Below, piece after piece: positions 19,883 to 33,200 of a DNA stretch of 64,000 nucleotides (the first letter of the stretch is position 1; each line of letters starts with the position of its first letter). Made by a program: the position numbers and the translations under genes. Under the pieces are notes generated by a model, which saw nothing but the letters and a program-made list of their open reading frames with translations, made no database searches and was not told the DNA's origin. Source of the stretch: a virus; IMG/VR virus record IMGVR_UViG_3300027985_000412, positions 3,310 through 67,309 of that record. The stretch is one strand, 5' to 3'.

Positions 19883-22800
19883 TTAAATCATAAAATCTAT
19901 TCCGTTATGATTTTCTCCTTCAGAGCTTTCATACGGTTTAATAATCGTATGTTCTCCGATACCAATATTATTAGATACTTGCATATTTCCAATTATATCT
20001 AATAATCCACTTAATCCAAAAATTAAATTTCCACTACTCCCATTGCTAATTGTAAATTTATTAATAGCTTTATCAGAATTAATGGATAAGGCGCTTTCAC
20101 TTAAACCAATCTTCCAGATATTTGTAGTTGTATTATATATATTTGATTCTACTGTTAAGAAGTCATTATTTGTTGAAGTCCTCTGAATAAAAGTAATTTC
20201 TCCATTAGAAATCTTCACAGATTTAGATAGCAAACTATTCTCTGAAAGTTCAAAGCGCCCAATATGTAAATTAGAAAGATATAATCTCATATTGGCATCA
20301 TCAATTAATGAAAAATATGGGAAAGGATTTGTTCCTGTTAAACTACCGTTATATCCATAAATAGGATTAATAGTAGGAGTTATAGGAAGTATTCCATCAC
20401 GCCATCCAGATGCATAGTCACTAAATGCACGCAGGCCACCTTCCCAAATATTAAGTCCAGTATGATTAATCTTTAAGATTAAATCTTGAACTCTCGGGAA
20501 ATCTGATTCATTACGGTTATCATATGCTACATAGAAAGAATCGAAATCTTCTCCTTCTTCTCCAATTAAGATACCTGCTGTTTGTAGATATCCACTAAAC
20601 GTACTATCAGTAGCATTTACTGTACCAGAGAATACACCTTTTGAAGCATATACTGAACCATCTTGCGTTACTATAAATGGAGCATTAGCCTTATCTTCTG
20701 GAGATGCACCTGCCCATATTCTAATTGGTTGACCATTCTTTAATACATCGTTACTATCTGTAATACCAGCATTTGGTAGAAATAGTTTACCGGTTAAATA
20801 TGCATTTTGGGCATATAATCCATATCCATGCAGCTCATTAAAGAACGAATCAATAACTCCTTCTAATCTACCTAATTGAGTTATAACTGTTTCACTAGCC
20901 GCCAAATCTGTAATTACAATTGCAGGTCCATATGGGTGACTTGCATTTAATGTAATTCCACATTCTCCTAAGCTAGCGATAGATATGCCTGGTAATAATT
21001 CAATTAATACCGTTTCTGGGTCTATAATAGCAAGTAAATCAATATTGAAACTTAAATTAATTTTTAATGTATTATTACCAATTCTAGCAACTGTACCATC
21101 AATTCCCTCTAAAGTAATTCGTTTTGTTGTTGATTCAGTAACATTTACTGTTAGATTCACTTGAATATGCCCATTAATAGGATTTTCTTCCGTACTTTCT
21201 TCTGGCCAGAAAGATTGCATATAGATATTATCATTAACCGATAATTTCAAGATAAATAGCATATTACCATTTTGAGCATTATAAGTAAAATCTACATTTG
21301 AATTAGGATGGTAATAGGTTGGAGAGAGTAATAAATCTCCTCCCATAATATTTTTACTTTGGTAGGTAAATGTAGCAGAAGTTAATTCACCACGAATATT
21401 AACATTATTAAATACTGCATCACCATTTTTAGAAATCTGCCATCCTTGGCTAGTGTTAAAGTTTGAAGTATATATTCCTTTTTCTGAATCAAGAATAATA
21501 CTATGAGTATCACTAATCTGTTGCAAAGATAGCTTTCCTGTTAATAAAGCATTATTTGCAATTAACGAACCTGAATCTAAATTAATATATGAAGCGTAAA
21601 CCTCTCCATTATAAGTAACTCTAAATGAAGCAGCATTATTAGCATCAATAAGCCCGTTATAATCTATATTTGTTGCTCCGGCCCACATAGCAAGTTGAGC
21701 CTGATTAAATCCTATTTGATAGTAAGAATTGTCAATAGAAGGATTAATAAATAGTCCATCTCTTAAATATAGCTTAGAAGTATATACAGAGCCAGCTTGA
21801 GTTATATAAAACGCTGCGCTTGAAGTATCATCTTCCACTGTAGCATTAATCCATAGTAATACTTCTCCTTGAGATGTTATTCCAGAATGCCAGTCAGGAA
21901 TTAATATCTCTTTTAAATTACCCGATTCTACAGAAATATTACCTTGAATGTTAGCATTCTTAGCAAATAATAGTCCATCTTTATCTACTGAAAAATTATA
22001 TGAAATATCCTCTCCATCAACTACTTTTCCAGCCCATAAGACAATATCTGCATTCAATGTTCCATCTATACCATTTTTGTCATTCGCACCAATAGTCAGT
22101 AGTCCATCAAATGAACCTCCGCGCGCATGAATTACTCCTTCAAATAGAGCATTTTGTGCATATAGTGTACCATCTTCTAGTACAAAAAACGGAGCGGAAT
22201 ATATTTCGCTTGTAGATGTACCACCCCACAATCTGATAGAATGTTCTTGATAGAATTGTTGTAATTGATTTGGATCAGTAGGGAGTTCAGTTGCAATTCC
22301 TAGTTCTTCTAAAATAGGGAGAATAACATTTGTATATTCTGTTGGTGTAACCGTATCTCCAATAAAACCGACTACCTTAGGAGCTTCATCCTCAATTGCT
22401 AAAATATCATCTTTCTGTCCAACATAAAACTTCTTTTGAACCCAAAACTCTCCATTAATATCTGTTGAAAGAGTTACGTATCCTCCTCTATCTCTCATTC
22501 TTAATCCAAAATGAGGATTTACATCAGAAGCTAAATTATAAAATCTTCCAAGGGAGACTAGCGGAATCCTATCGCCAGCTACATAAGGAGTTTGTGAAGG
22601 GTCTACGGGATTTAAAGCAGATATTGTTTCAGTAGAGAATACATCTGAAACAGAGCCGAAAATCTCTAATCCATCATCTGCGCTTACTGAAACTGCACCA
22701 TCTTGATAAATTAAAGCTAAACCATCCCAAGTTATTGAGAAGTTTGAATATTGTTTAACAGCAGCTACCTTATCATCAAAAGTAGAAGCTGCATCAACAG

Positions 22801-25800
22801 CAGTCTGTAAGTCTGCGCCTTGAGTAGTTCCAAAGAGACCATACTGGTTAAAACGAACATATTTAGTCATGTCATAAGAACCAGCAATTTCATCTACATA
22901 GAATGCACTAATACCATCAGTATCCCATCTAAAATATGGAGTTGTGCCCTGGACTAAATTGATTTTACTAACATCAATTTGTCCAGCAAGAAGATATCTT
23001 GTGTTAATACCTAACCCTGTGATACCACTTCTCCATGTTTTACCACCGTCGTTAGATAAGAACATACCACCTGCGACCAATCTCATTCTTTCATTAGAAT
23101 TTTCATTGTTAATAATCTCAATACCAACTCCACTGTCCCAAATCACATTTTGATTTTGCGAGTTAGAGAGAATAAATGAGTTATTTGCAAAGCTTTTTTC
23201 TAAAGTTGTAATATCAATTTCTCCCGTTGGAGAAACTGCGGCGGCTGCGCGACCATATGCGCCGCTTTCATATTGTAAGGATTGAGTTGTAGCGGTAATT
23301 TTTTGGAATAGTTCTTCAAATTGATTTTTGTAATTTTGAACTGTGATTGATGATTTTGAGGGATCATCAAAATTTCTCGTTCTCTCTGATATAACTACAG
23401 ATTGACGATATGGAGTTTTAATATTTCCCCCAATTCCCACAACATTCTTTAAAATATATCCAAAGAATTCTGGGTCTTCAATATAAGTTCTTTCACCAAT
23501 TTTAAACTTATAGGCCTCGTATCCATCAACATTTTCAACATCTAAAACGCTAATAGTATAGGATACTTTAGGAAAAGCCGAAACTGATGCTACTTTTGCA
23601 GCATCTAGATAGTAAAGATCGTCATCAGTATACGTATCATCTGTCCAAGTTCCTTCTTGTATAAATCTATAATATTTACGATAAAACTTTAATTTTAAAG
23701 TCTTTTTATTCGCTAAAATCGTATCAATAGATGTTTGAGCAGCATCTCTCTTAGTTTCATATTCTGTTAATTTATTTTGATTTGCTATTAAAGCAGATGT
23801 ATAATTTTGCTTCTTAGCTGTTAATAGCGCCGCTGCTGCAGCGGCATCTTTATAGTGTTGATCATTAACATTATATGATGCCATCAGAGAACTTAGATAT
23901 AATAACTCCTCATTCGCAGATGCTATTTGAGTTTCATATAGAGTTATATTAGCCTCGGTTAAGAAAATTTCATTCTCGTAAGCCATTAGTAAACTAGAAA
24001 GTTCACTATATTCATTGTTGTATTTTTTAAGTTTAGTTAAGAACGCTAAATCTGTTGATGTCATTCCATATAAATCAGCTAATACTTGCGAATAATCTAG
24101 TAATTCTTGATTTATATAGTAGTTAAAATTATACAGTTCGTTTTCTCCACTAGGATTTGCATGAGCGCGGGAAATAGATGCTGTACCATCAACAGCATAT
24201 TCTTGGTTATTATTCTTAACAATAACTTTTGTTGCTACATTATCTGAATCAACTGTGCGCTTAATCGATTGGAGGTTAACTCCATATTTAAATCCAGCTT
24301 GATTAATGGCGTCACCGTTTGGTGCGAATCGAGAGAAAATAACTTCTTTTTGTGGAAGTCCATCTGTTAATAAAATCTTACCATTTTTACGATGATAGGT
24401 CTTAAATTTAACCCAAACTTCAAACAATTCTGCAAGGCTTTGAATATTATTAAAATAATTAGATTCTTTGACAGAAATGTTTCTAATACTTTGAAAGTTG
24501 TCTTCATATTGAGGAGTATAATAGATAGTATTTGAAGAAAGATAATCTACTTCTCCGTTCACGATGTGATAAAATTTATCTTTTGTTTTAATAGTAGCGT
24601 TAGGAATATCTCCCACAAAAACTGGAACTCCATCTGCATCTTCCTTATATTCAAATAATTGAATATCTTCGATGCAGAAATCATACCCTGCAACTATATT
24701 AGAGTTATTAGTTATAAAGAGTTTTAATTCATCTGTTCTTGCTTTTGTAGTAGTGTTAGCTACTAAATAAACATAAATATATTGTTCTGAATCACGATAG
24801 ATACTTGTCGCACCTGCAGAATATGGAGTTCTTGCTCCAGTATCTGCACTAGCATATCCTTTCTTTTCAATGTCTGTCGAAGAATCAATCCAAGTTGTTG
24901 TAATATTTCTTACAGAAGTTAGGTTTGAACTACTTCCATCTTTCCTAATAGATGCGCTCAAAGTTGCTAAATTTGAAGCAGAGATATTTGCAACTCCAGT
25001 GGTTTCATTCTTTTTAATCCAACGAGCCTTCATTCTTAAAACGTAAACATTATCTTTCACTAAAGCCAGATTGATATTATCTGGACCTTCATTATAGTAT
25101 TGCTTATTAGCTTCTGAAAAATCTAGTGATAGATAATTAAATATCTTATCTTCCCATGTATCAGGATTTCCAGTAGGAACAGGAAATAGACGAGTATCTG
25201 CGCCGACACCGTCCCAAGCGAGAATAGAAGTGAAGTTGTTTGAATTTGTTAAAAGATTAGTTGCAATCTCTGATGTAATATATTCTGTTTCAGTATAACC
25301 AAAAGCTTGTGTTCCTACTGATGCCCCAGAATTACTATTATTTACAACATATTCTTTCACATATTTATCTTGAATTGCCTCATAGCGAGTCTTTTGGCTT
25401 TTTACGATACGATTACCTTTTAACGGTTCTAAACCACTAGTGCCAGTTAAGAGAATTGCAGTACTACTAATCGTTCCTGTGAAAGTGTAATTATAATTAA
25501 AATCATAATCTATTATAACTCTATCATCATCTGCATCTTCTACAGACAATTCCTTATTCGCCCATAAAAACTGAATTTCACCACTCTTAAAAATCCAACT
25601 AGAACTATTCTCGTCCCACTCTACGCAATTATAGAAAGGATAGATATATTGTCCAGATGCGATAAGAGTTGAATCTCCAGTTAGAACATTTATAGCAGTT
25701 AAGTTACTAGTTAATTCAACTTTAAATAATGGCTCTTCAATTTTTTCAGTTGGAGAATAGCTCGAAGATGAAATTGACCAATCACTACCTTCAAGAATTG

Positions 25801-26311
25801 ATTCCCCTAGTTGTTCAATAGTTCCAAAATTATTCTCTAATTCTGTATCAAGAACAACAGACCATCCATTTTTCCCTAGCTCATTAACAAAAAGTTCTTT
25901 TGCAGTAAATGTTAAACTATAGTTTTGAGAATTCTTTTCAGAGTTCTTAATAACAAAATCTTTCCATTTTTCCTCTACATCTTCTTCCTCTAATTCAGAA
26001 AGAGTTGTAAAAGAGTAAGCTTCTCCGATTCTAAATTTTAGTTTTCTTTCGTTTGAAAGCAAGCCAAAGAAGGGATTATCTTTTAAATCCCCTGTTTCTT
26101 CATCGTAGTATTTATAACTCATATCAAAAGTTAGAGTTAATTCTCCATTTATTCCTTCTTTTAAAGCTACATTATAAGCTCTAGTAGGAATATCCATTTC
26201 ATGAGAGCCAATTATCGCAATTCTTTTCTCGTCGAAATGTTCTGGTATTTCACCAGATGCAGGAACGATAATATCTTCCCATACGGATAATTCATATGGC
26301 TCTTTAAACAT
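19883..26311 (-). CDS. large tail tip / baseplate hub (Tal-like) protein
   Basis: 2142 aa directly after the Dit-like gene; has a coiled coil and repeated APFxVxxDGxxYA beta motifs. Confidence 0.75.
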   Translation of the reverse strand: MFKEPYELSVWEDIIVPASGEIPEHFDEKRIAIIGSHEMDIPTRAYNVALKEGINGELTLTFDMSYKYYDEETGDLKDNPFFGLLSNERKLKFRIGEAYSFTTLSELEEEDVEEKWKDFVIKNSEKNSQNYSLTFTAKELFVNELGKNGWSVVLDTELENNFGTIEQLGESILEGSDWSISSSSYSPTEKIEEPLFKVELTSNLTAINVLTGDSTLIASGQYIYPFYNCVEWDENSSSWIFKSGEIQFLWANKELSVEDADDDRVIIDYDFNYNYTFTGTISSTAILLTGTSGLEPLKGNRIVKSQKTRYEAIQDKYVKEYVVNNSNSGASVGTQAFGYTETEYITSEIATNLLTNSNNFTSILAWDGVGADTRLFPVPTGNPDTWEDKIFNYLSLDFSEANKQYYNEGPDNINLALVKDNVYVLRMKARWIKKNETTGVANISASNLATLSASIRKDGSSSNLTSVRNITTTWIDSSTDIEKKGYASADTGARTPYSAGATSIYRDSEQYIYVYLVANTTTKARTDELKLFITNNSNIVAGYDFCIEDIQLFEYKEDADGVPVFVGDIPNATIKTKDKFYHIVNGEVDYLSSNTIYYTPQYEDNFQSIRNISVKESNYFNNIQSLAELFEVWVKFKTYHRKNGKILLTDGLPQKEVIFSRFAPNGDAINQAGFKYGVNLQSIKRTVDSDNVATKVIVKNNNQEYAVDGTASISRAHANPSGENELYNFNYYINQELLDYSQVLADLYGMTSTDLAFLTKLKKYNNEYSELSSLLMAYENEIFLTEANITLYETQIASANEELLYLSSLMASYNVNDQHYKDAAAAAALLTAKKQNYTSALIANQNKLTEYETKRDAAQTSIDTILANKKTLKLKFYRKYYRFIQEGTWTDDTYTDDDLYYLDAAKVASVSAFPKVSYTISVLDVENVDGYEAYKFKIGERTYIEDPEFFGYILKNVVGIGGNIKTPYRQSVVISERTRNFDDPSKSSITVQNYKNQFEELFQKITATTQSLQYESGAYGRAAAAVSPTGEIDITTLEKSFANNSFILSNSQNQNVIWDSGVGIEIINNENSNERMRLVAGGMFLSNDGGKTWRSGITGLGINTRYLLAGQIDVSKINLVQGTTPYFRWDTDGISAFYVDEIAGSYDMTKYVRFNQYGLFGTTQGADLQTAVDAASTFDDKVAAVKQYSNFSITWDGLALIYQDGAVSVSADDGLEIFGSVSDVFSTETISALNPVDPSQTPYVAGDRIPLVSLGRFYNLASDVNPHFGLRMRDRGGYVTLSTDINGEFWVQKKFYVGQKDDILAIEDEAPKVVGFIGDTVTPTEYTNVILPILEELGIATELPTDPNQLQQFYQEHSIRLWGGTSTSEIYSAPFFVLEDGTLYAQNALFEGVIHARGGSFDGLLTIGANDKNGIDGTLNADIVLWAGKVVDGEDISYNFSVDKDGLLFAKNANIQGNISVESGNLKEILIPDWHSGITSQGEVLLWINATVEDDTSSAAFYITQAGSVYTSKLYLRDGLFINPSIDNSYYQIGFNQAQLAMWAGATNIDYNGLIDANNAASFRVTYNGEVYASYINLDSGSLIANNALLTGKLSLQQISDTHSIILDSEKGIYTSNFNTSQGWQISKNGDAVFNNVNIRGELTSATFTYQSKNIMGGDLLLSPTYYHPNSNVDFTYNAQNGNMLFILKLSVNDNIYMQSFWPEESTEENPINGHIQVNLTVNVTESTTKRITLEGIDGTVARIGNNTLKINLSFNIDLLAIIDPETVLIELLPGISIASLGECGITLNASHPYGPAIVITDLAASETVITQLGRLEGVIDSFFNELHGYGLYAQNAYLTGKLFLPNAGITDSNDVLKNGQPIRIWAGASPEDKANAPFIVTQDGSVYASKGVFSGTVNATDSTFSGYLQTAGILIGEEGEDFDSFYVAYDNRNESDFPRVQDLILKINHTGLNIWEGGLRAFSDYASGWRDGILPITPTINPIYGYNGSLTGTNPFPYFSLIDDANMRLYLSNLHIGRFELSENSLLSKSVKISNGEITFIQRTSTNNDFLTVESNIYNTTTNIWKIGLSESALSINSDKAINKFTISNGSSGNLIFGLSGLLDIIGNMQVSNNIGIGEHTIIKPYESSEGENHNGIDFMI

Positions 26312-26325
26312 CTCATTTTCCTCCC

Positions 26326-27270
26326 TTACAGATATAAATAATCATATTGAATATTCGTAACATTAATTATACCTGTTGCGCTTAATAACAATTGTTGACC
26401 GTCTGTTGCTGGCTCAATCTTAAAGAAATCGCCTGCGACAATTGCATCATTGTGGATTACCCCATTAGGAGTAAATACTCCTCCAACATATGTGCCACCT
26501 TCGATTAATCTCAATTTAGAGTTTAATCTATAATAGCCATCAACGGTTAAGCTACTTGTATCTATTACCATTTTTCCTTTCGTATCTCCAGATAACTGAT
26601 AAGAAATTTGAACAACATCACTAGTAACTACATTAATAACCATTGATAGTGGACTTACTAACTCGCCAGGATTATAAAGAGTAGCAGTATTACCACTAAA
26701 AATATTATAACCACTGAGGCTTTCTGCTAAACCACTAGCATCAACCCATTCTTCGATACAAACTCCATTAACATCATAGTGTCTTCCTTCAACAGTTGAA
26801 ACTACATATTCAGTCCATGTTTGATAGGGCGCACGAGCAAAAGGATAAAACGCAGTTAATAATACTGAACCTTCTCCTTTATAAATTCGTGAAGTTCCAT
26901 CTGCACTATCAAAACAAATATAACTAATTTTAACAGGAGATGCTACTTTTGCACTATATGCTTTATAAGGTTCCTCATCAAAGATTAAGTCATGAATTTG
27001 TTTATCTGCAAATAATAATCTCATACTTCGAATATCTTCTTCACTAACACTATCAAATGCAAAGTTAATAGAAAATTGATTTTGCTGATATTGCGTTGAT
27101 AGAAAGTAAATTCCATCACTCCCTGGAATCTCTACTGTAGAGTCTTTAATGTTAGGAGATAGGGTTTTTTCACCCCTATCTCCTGTGTTTACTCTAACAA
27201 TCCCTAATTCAGAGGAATGGATGCCATTATAGGTGAATCCTAAGAAGTCACCACGAAAATCTTGACTCAT
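26326..27270 (-). CDS. distal tail protein (Dit-like)
   Basis: GFTYNGIHSSELGI, EIPGSDG, LIFDEEPYKAY and YPFA; located right after the TMP. Confidence 0.75.
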   Translation of the reverse strand: MSQDFRGDFLGFTYNGIHSSELGIVRVNTGDRGEKTLSPNIKDSTVEIPGSDGIYFLSTQYQQNQFSINFAFDSVSEEDIRSMRLLFADKQIHDLIFDEEPYKAYSAKVASPVKISYICFDSADGTSRIYKGEGSVLLTAFYPFARAPYQTWTEYVVSTVEGRHYDVNGVCIEEWVDASGLAESLSGYNIFSGNTATLYNPGELVSPLSMVINVVTSDVVQISYQLSGDTKGKMVIDTSSLTVDGYYRLNSKLRLIEGGTYVGGVFTPNGVIHNDAIVAGDFFKIEPATDGQQLLLSATGIINVTNIQYDYLYL

Positions 27271-27282
27271 TGTTTCCTCCTT

Positions 27283-30200
27283 TTAGCGCAATAAGTTAAT
27301 TGCATTAACGTTACGATAACGAGCATCTGCGTTAATGATCTTCTTAACTTTTTCCGCTACTTGTTCTACGTCATAATCATTCGCTAATTCATCTACTTCT
27401 ATGTGAACTTCAAAGTAGTTGTCTCCACCCTTTTCATATGTTCCAGGGCGTCCTTCCATAGCGTCTGAAAGAACATCTTTAAGAACTAAGAAATTCTTAG
27501 TATCTTGTGCATCTAGTACAAGTTCTGGTCTTGAAGGAGTACCATCCATCCAAGCCGGTCCAGTGTAATCAGCCAATCCACCTTTTAGATAACCTTTAGT
27601 TTGGAATTTTGCACGAGTTTTATTTCCAACTACGCCATCAGCAGATAACCCCATAGCTCTCTGGAATGCTTTAACAGCACTAGTAGTTCCACTTCCAAAA
27701 ACGCCGTCAATAGATTTTGTTCCAGAATTACCATATCCAAGCTTATTTAGAGCATATTGAATTGCTTTGACTTGTTGACCTTTCTGTCCCGCCTTAATAT
27801 TGCCGCTTGTTGTAGAAGCTTTACCATATGGATAGTCTTCTACTGGATCTGGAGTAGGTGTTCCACCACCACCACCTCCGCCGGCTTCAGTTGCGGCTGT
27901 TACCGTCTGATAAGTACCATCTGGCATTTGGAAGATACCAGTATACTTCTTTCCACCTACAGTAACTGAACCATCAGATGCTACAGTACCAGTTACTTGA
28001 TTACCTTCGGCATCTGTAAAGGTAATTGTTTGACCTGCTTTACTTGACATATCAGTATTTTGAGAATACCATACTAATGCATTTTTAAAAACAGTTGTTA
28101 GTTCATTCCACCAAGTATCTTTACCAACATTACTTAAACCGTCCCAACCTTCCTGAGTTTGAAGTAATTGAGCTAGTGCAGAGTCTGGATCTAATGTCCC
28201 ATCAACACCGAAAGCTGATGATATTAAATCATAGGCCTCTTCCCAATACTCTCCATTCTTTACAGCATAATCAAGTTGATTTTGTAATAATTCAATTTGA
28301 CGCTCTCTTTGTTCTGCCGCCTCATTATTTTGATCTTGTAATTCAGTAATTTTAGTATCGATTAGTGTATCAGTATAATTCTCTTGATCTTGAGCAATTT
28401 CATCTTGAAGCTTCTTAATCTCTAATGCATTTGCGTCAGAGCTATCTCTTTGTAATAGAGCCAGACGACGTTGTTTTTCTTCAATATCTTGACGAGCATT
28501 TTCTTGCTCTCTTGCGCGTCTTTCTTCATCGATTGCCTTTTGAATTGAATCTAACAGTCTAGTATTAGAATTATTAATAGATTCATTAATACTTCCAAGA
28601 TTATCAATAACTTCTTGCTCTCTAGCAATAATAGCGTCTAAAACCCTACTTTCTAAATCTTGATAATCATCTTTCCCCTGTTCTTTTAATTCATCTAACT
28701 GATCTTGAATATCCATTAAGGAATCTTCAGCGTCATAGATGGAATCCTGAATACCCTCTAGTTTTGAGATATATTCTTCAATTCTATCTCCCTTATCTGA
28801 ATCCTTAACTTTATTAATCTCGTCCCAGTTAATTTCTACTAAGCCAGTTTGCTCATTATACTTAGCATATTTTGATAAGTCTTTATATTCACTTTCAACT
28901 TTATTAGCTTCGTCAAGACGTTTCTTTCTTAAATCTTCATAATATGCTTGTTGTTGTTTTAGAGAAGCTTCTTGAGCCTGATAATTCTTTAATAAATCCT
29001 TAACAGATTTATTATTATCTTTTAAAGCTCTATTATATTGCCACTCTAGTTTCTCTCTTGTGCGTAACTCTCCATTGATTTGTTGCAATAGATTGTAAAG
29101 CCAGTCATAAGAGTTTTTCCACTCATCCGCGCTTCCACCCTTACCACCTTTTCCACTATTGCTTCCACCAGTTTGACTTCCTGGATTTTCATATCCAGTT
29201 GCAAATCTTGGCATATATCCAAGAGGAGTTCCACCTTTTAAGATTTGCTTTGTTTGATCTCCATCATAAACAATATCTTTCCGATCGAGATCAACAACCT
29301 CAGGGCCATTCAAACCAGCAACAAAAGCTCCATCTTTTGTTTGAATTAATTCTGGAGCTACCTCACCAACTAGAGCAGGACCAGGTAATGCACCTTTTTT
29401 ACCAGTACCTTTGCGGTACATAGAAAGTCTTACAGTTGCACCTGTTGAACTTCCTGTAACAGTAGTTTTTGTTAAGCTCGGAGTAATCTTTACTGGTACA
29501 TCTGGTAGACTTGTTGGCACACCAGCTTTTATAGCATTACTAATACCATCAGTAATGGTAGAATATTTAGCTTCAAATGCTCCTTGTAAGCTATCTGCTG
29601 CACCGGTTGCATCAACAGTACTCAGCGCAGTTGCAACAGCTTCAGCCAATCCATCCCAGTCAGCTTCTTTTTGAGCCATTTCTACGCCAGAAGATAGTCC
29701 CTCGCTTAAATCAACAGCAACTTCTTCACCGTTAACTACAGTAGTTAATTGGATTTGCTCATCAGGATCTAATCCTTCATTATAAGCGCTGATTAAATCT
29801 TCAGTAATACCATTTAAGGCTTCTTCTGGAATACCAAGATTACGAAGTTCATTTTGTAAATCTTCAAGAGCAATCTTACCACCATCATTAACTCTAGTGA
29901 TAAAGGAATCCATAAATGTTCCACCGTCAAATTCACTAAAAGCTGTATTTAGTTGATTGACGATTTCTTCTGAACTCTTTAACATACCATCTTCATCAAA
30001 GAAGTCGGTAATCTTTATTCCTTTTTCAGCTAAAGCTTGCTCTAATGTTCCAGTGATATTCTCAACATCGATACCTGCTTGTTCGGCAAGTGCTGTCAGA
30101 ATTTCGTCTTTTGTCTTACCACTAGTAGCAGCCAATGCTGCGATTTCTTCCTCTGAGATGAACTTTTGATTGCGATAAATTCCAGAACCTTGATATTGGT

Positions 30201-33200
30201 CTTGATCACCAAAATTCTGACCTCGACCTACTAAAGTTCTTGTCTGACCAAGATTATCATATACCTCTTTAATTCCAGCTGTAAAGTCGTTTGCAGCTAA
30301 TTCAGCTTGAATATCATAAGAGAAATTTTTGAAATCTGTAAGCATAAATTCAGCATATTCTTTACTTACATTATATGCTTCTGCAATTTTGCTTACTAAT
30401 TGGTCAGTAGTCATAGTACCAACATCAACGAAGATACTACCATCTGCCATTTTACTAAAGATATCTGTGGTAGAGTCGTTAGCTAGATCTTCCCAGGCAC
30501 CGTATAAATTTCCTTCAATAACTTTTAATCTATCTAGGAATTGCTTTTCAACTGTTTTCAGATTTCCTTCGGCATCTTTTAAAGCTTGATTCCATTGATC
30601 TTCACCGAAAAGAAGTTTTAAATAGTTTTGAAGTTGAGTATTCCCATACTCTCCCCCTTTATACATCTCTTCGGAAGCTTCTGTAATCTCATTAACCCAT
30701 TCGCCAATTTCACCTTCATCGAATCCTGGGTCGAAATCCTCCATAGTTTTAAATGCTCGTTCGACAGTAGCATTTAAACCATCGAATTTAGAGATTGCTT
30801 CTAAAACTCGACTTGTCAGTCCAGCTAAAGTTGCCTCACCTTTATATAAAGATGTAATAGCTTTAGCTAGACCTTCGGCAGATACTCCTGTATTCTTTAG
30901 TATCTTCGATAGATTTTCACTACTATCGGCTATCTCTTCAATGTTGCTTGCATTTAATTTGCCATTCTCTTCAATAACATCTCCGATGTTTTCTTGAAGT
31001 TCAGAGAACTCGGCAGAGTTTACGAAATATTGGAATTGCGCACCACTAGAATATGCGTCCTGTCCTGCAACAAGTAAACTCGCGGCAAGGCCTCGGATTT
31101 TTTCATCAGCGCTTTGTACTGCAGTTCCTAATGCATCTGCAGCAGTAATTGGATTAGACCAATCAATATTTCCAAAGATTTCAGTAGCTCTTTGTGCTAA
31201 TTCTTCATCTCCCTGAGTAAAGATGTCGGTCATTCCTGCCCAAAACTCAGAGAGTCCGCCTGTTCCTAGAGCTGTCTCTACTTGAGGAACAAGATTTGAC
31301 ATAAAGGTTTTTTGTTCATCACTTAAACCAGCTAAAACTTGAGCCATCTCTTCCGGAGAAGCTTCTTTTTTCATAGTTTTACGAAGTGATTGGATTAAAC
31401 CTTTTAATTGCTTTCTTTGAGTTTTTTGAATACCAAGAGCAGAATCTCTTAAATATCCTCTAAACTCTTCTTGGGCGGCAGCAATGCCATCTTCAGTATT
31501 TTCTACTGTCTTCCCTAATAGAGCAGATAGATCTTCTGCCGATAAAGAAGCAAGCATTTGATTAATATCAGAGTCAGCTATATCTAACTTACTAATTAAG
31601 TCATTAATAGCACCACTTTCGATTGAGGTATCTCCAGTAACTAATTTTGAAAATACATCCTTTGCTCCGTCTAGATTGTCACTTAAACCATTATTTAAAC
31701 GACCAATAATATTAACAAGTTGTTCCCCTTGTTCTTCTAGTTGAGCAGCTGCCTGTTGGGCACCAAGTCCTTTAGAAATGTCACTATCTTTTAGTTCAAC
31801 TTCTTGACCAGATTGGTCAATAAATTTATTTCCTTTCGTCCAAGTGTAACCCATTGCATCAGCATATTGTTGACGCTCTTCATCACTAATTCCTTTCGCT
31901 CCAACTTCGTCCGAAAGAGTTTTATAAGCTTGATCAAAATTCTGAGAAGCAATTTGAGCGACCACATTGGCATTTTCACTACCCGCAATAGCTTCATTTT
32001 GACTGAACTTAGCTGCCATTAATGACTGCGCCATTGCTTTAGTCTGAGTGTCCATGTTATTTAAAGCAACACCATTATCTAATAAAGCTTGACGATTTTC
32101 CCATAAAGCATCAACTAATAAACTAACTTGATATTCATTAGCTTGTTGTTCTGGAGTTAAACTAGATAGTAAAACTGAAGTAACTTCTGATGCAAAATTA
32201 GCAGGCATTTGTAGTTCGCCCGTTGTCTCATCATAGGTTCCTTGTAATAATTGACTATTTTCTGCGAATAATCTACTTAACTTATCAACATTATTCGACA
32301 GAATATCCATCTGGAATTCATCACCAGAAACATATCCATCTGCCGATGTATAGGTAGAAGAAACATTGACTAACCCTTCTGCCCACATCGTATCAGCTAA
32401 ATCAGAAGTTCTCTTTTGAGATTCTAATTGTAACTGCTCTCTTTGTGCACCAATTTGTGCTACTTGAGCATTAGCTATAAATTCTCTTTGAGCTTCAAGA
32501 ATTGCATCCCAACCTTCACTTTGAATAGTTAGATGCCCATCTTGATTAGCGATATATTCAGCTAATTTTGGATATGAAGATAATAGAGCAAGAACTTGTT
32601 GATTTGCTTCAATTAAAGCTTGTTTCCAAGCGTCAGTCCCAACAGTTAATTGTTCTAAAGCTTCTTGAGTATCTCCATATTCATCTTTTGCAGCTAGTAG
32701 ATCATCTAGTGCTTCATTTGCATCGCTAAATGCTGCCTTAGCAGCTTCCGCCGCACTTGCTGCTCTTTCTATTTGAGCTTCGATAGAAGCATTTTTAATT
32801 GCATTGCTTAATAGAACAATACCGCCAACTACTACTGCTAAGACCGCAGCAATAGCTAATAGAGGCCAATAAGTCGCCCATAGTGCAGCGGCTTTTGCCC
32901 ATAATCCAGCGGTTTCTGCAGCATCCGCACCAACTTTAGCTCCAGTTAAAGCAATAGCAAGACCCTTTAGACCATTTTCTTTAATAGCTAAAGAGATTTC
33001 CATTAGTTTAGCAGCGATACCACCTTTTGCGGCAATCTGCTCTCTTAACTTAGCTGTTGTTTCAAGCTGAGTCATCGCGGCAGAATTACCACTAGCTAGA
33101 GCATCAGCATATTTTGCTGTTTCACTTGCAGTCAATAGAGCTAACTGTGTTGCGGTAACTCCATTATTTGCCATTCGCGCAGATAGGGTTTGAATTTCAG

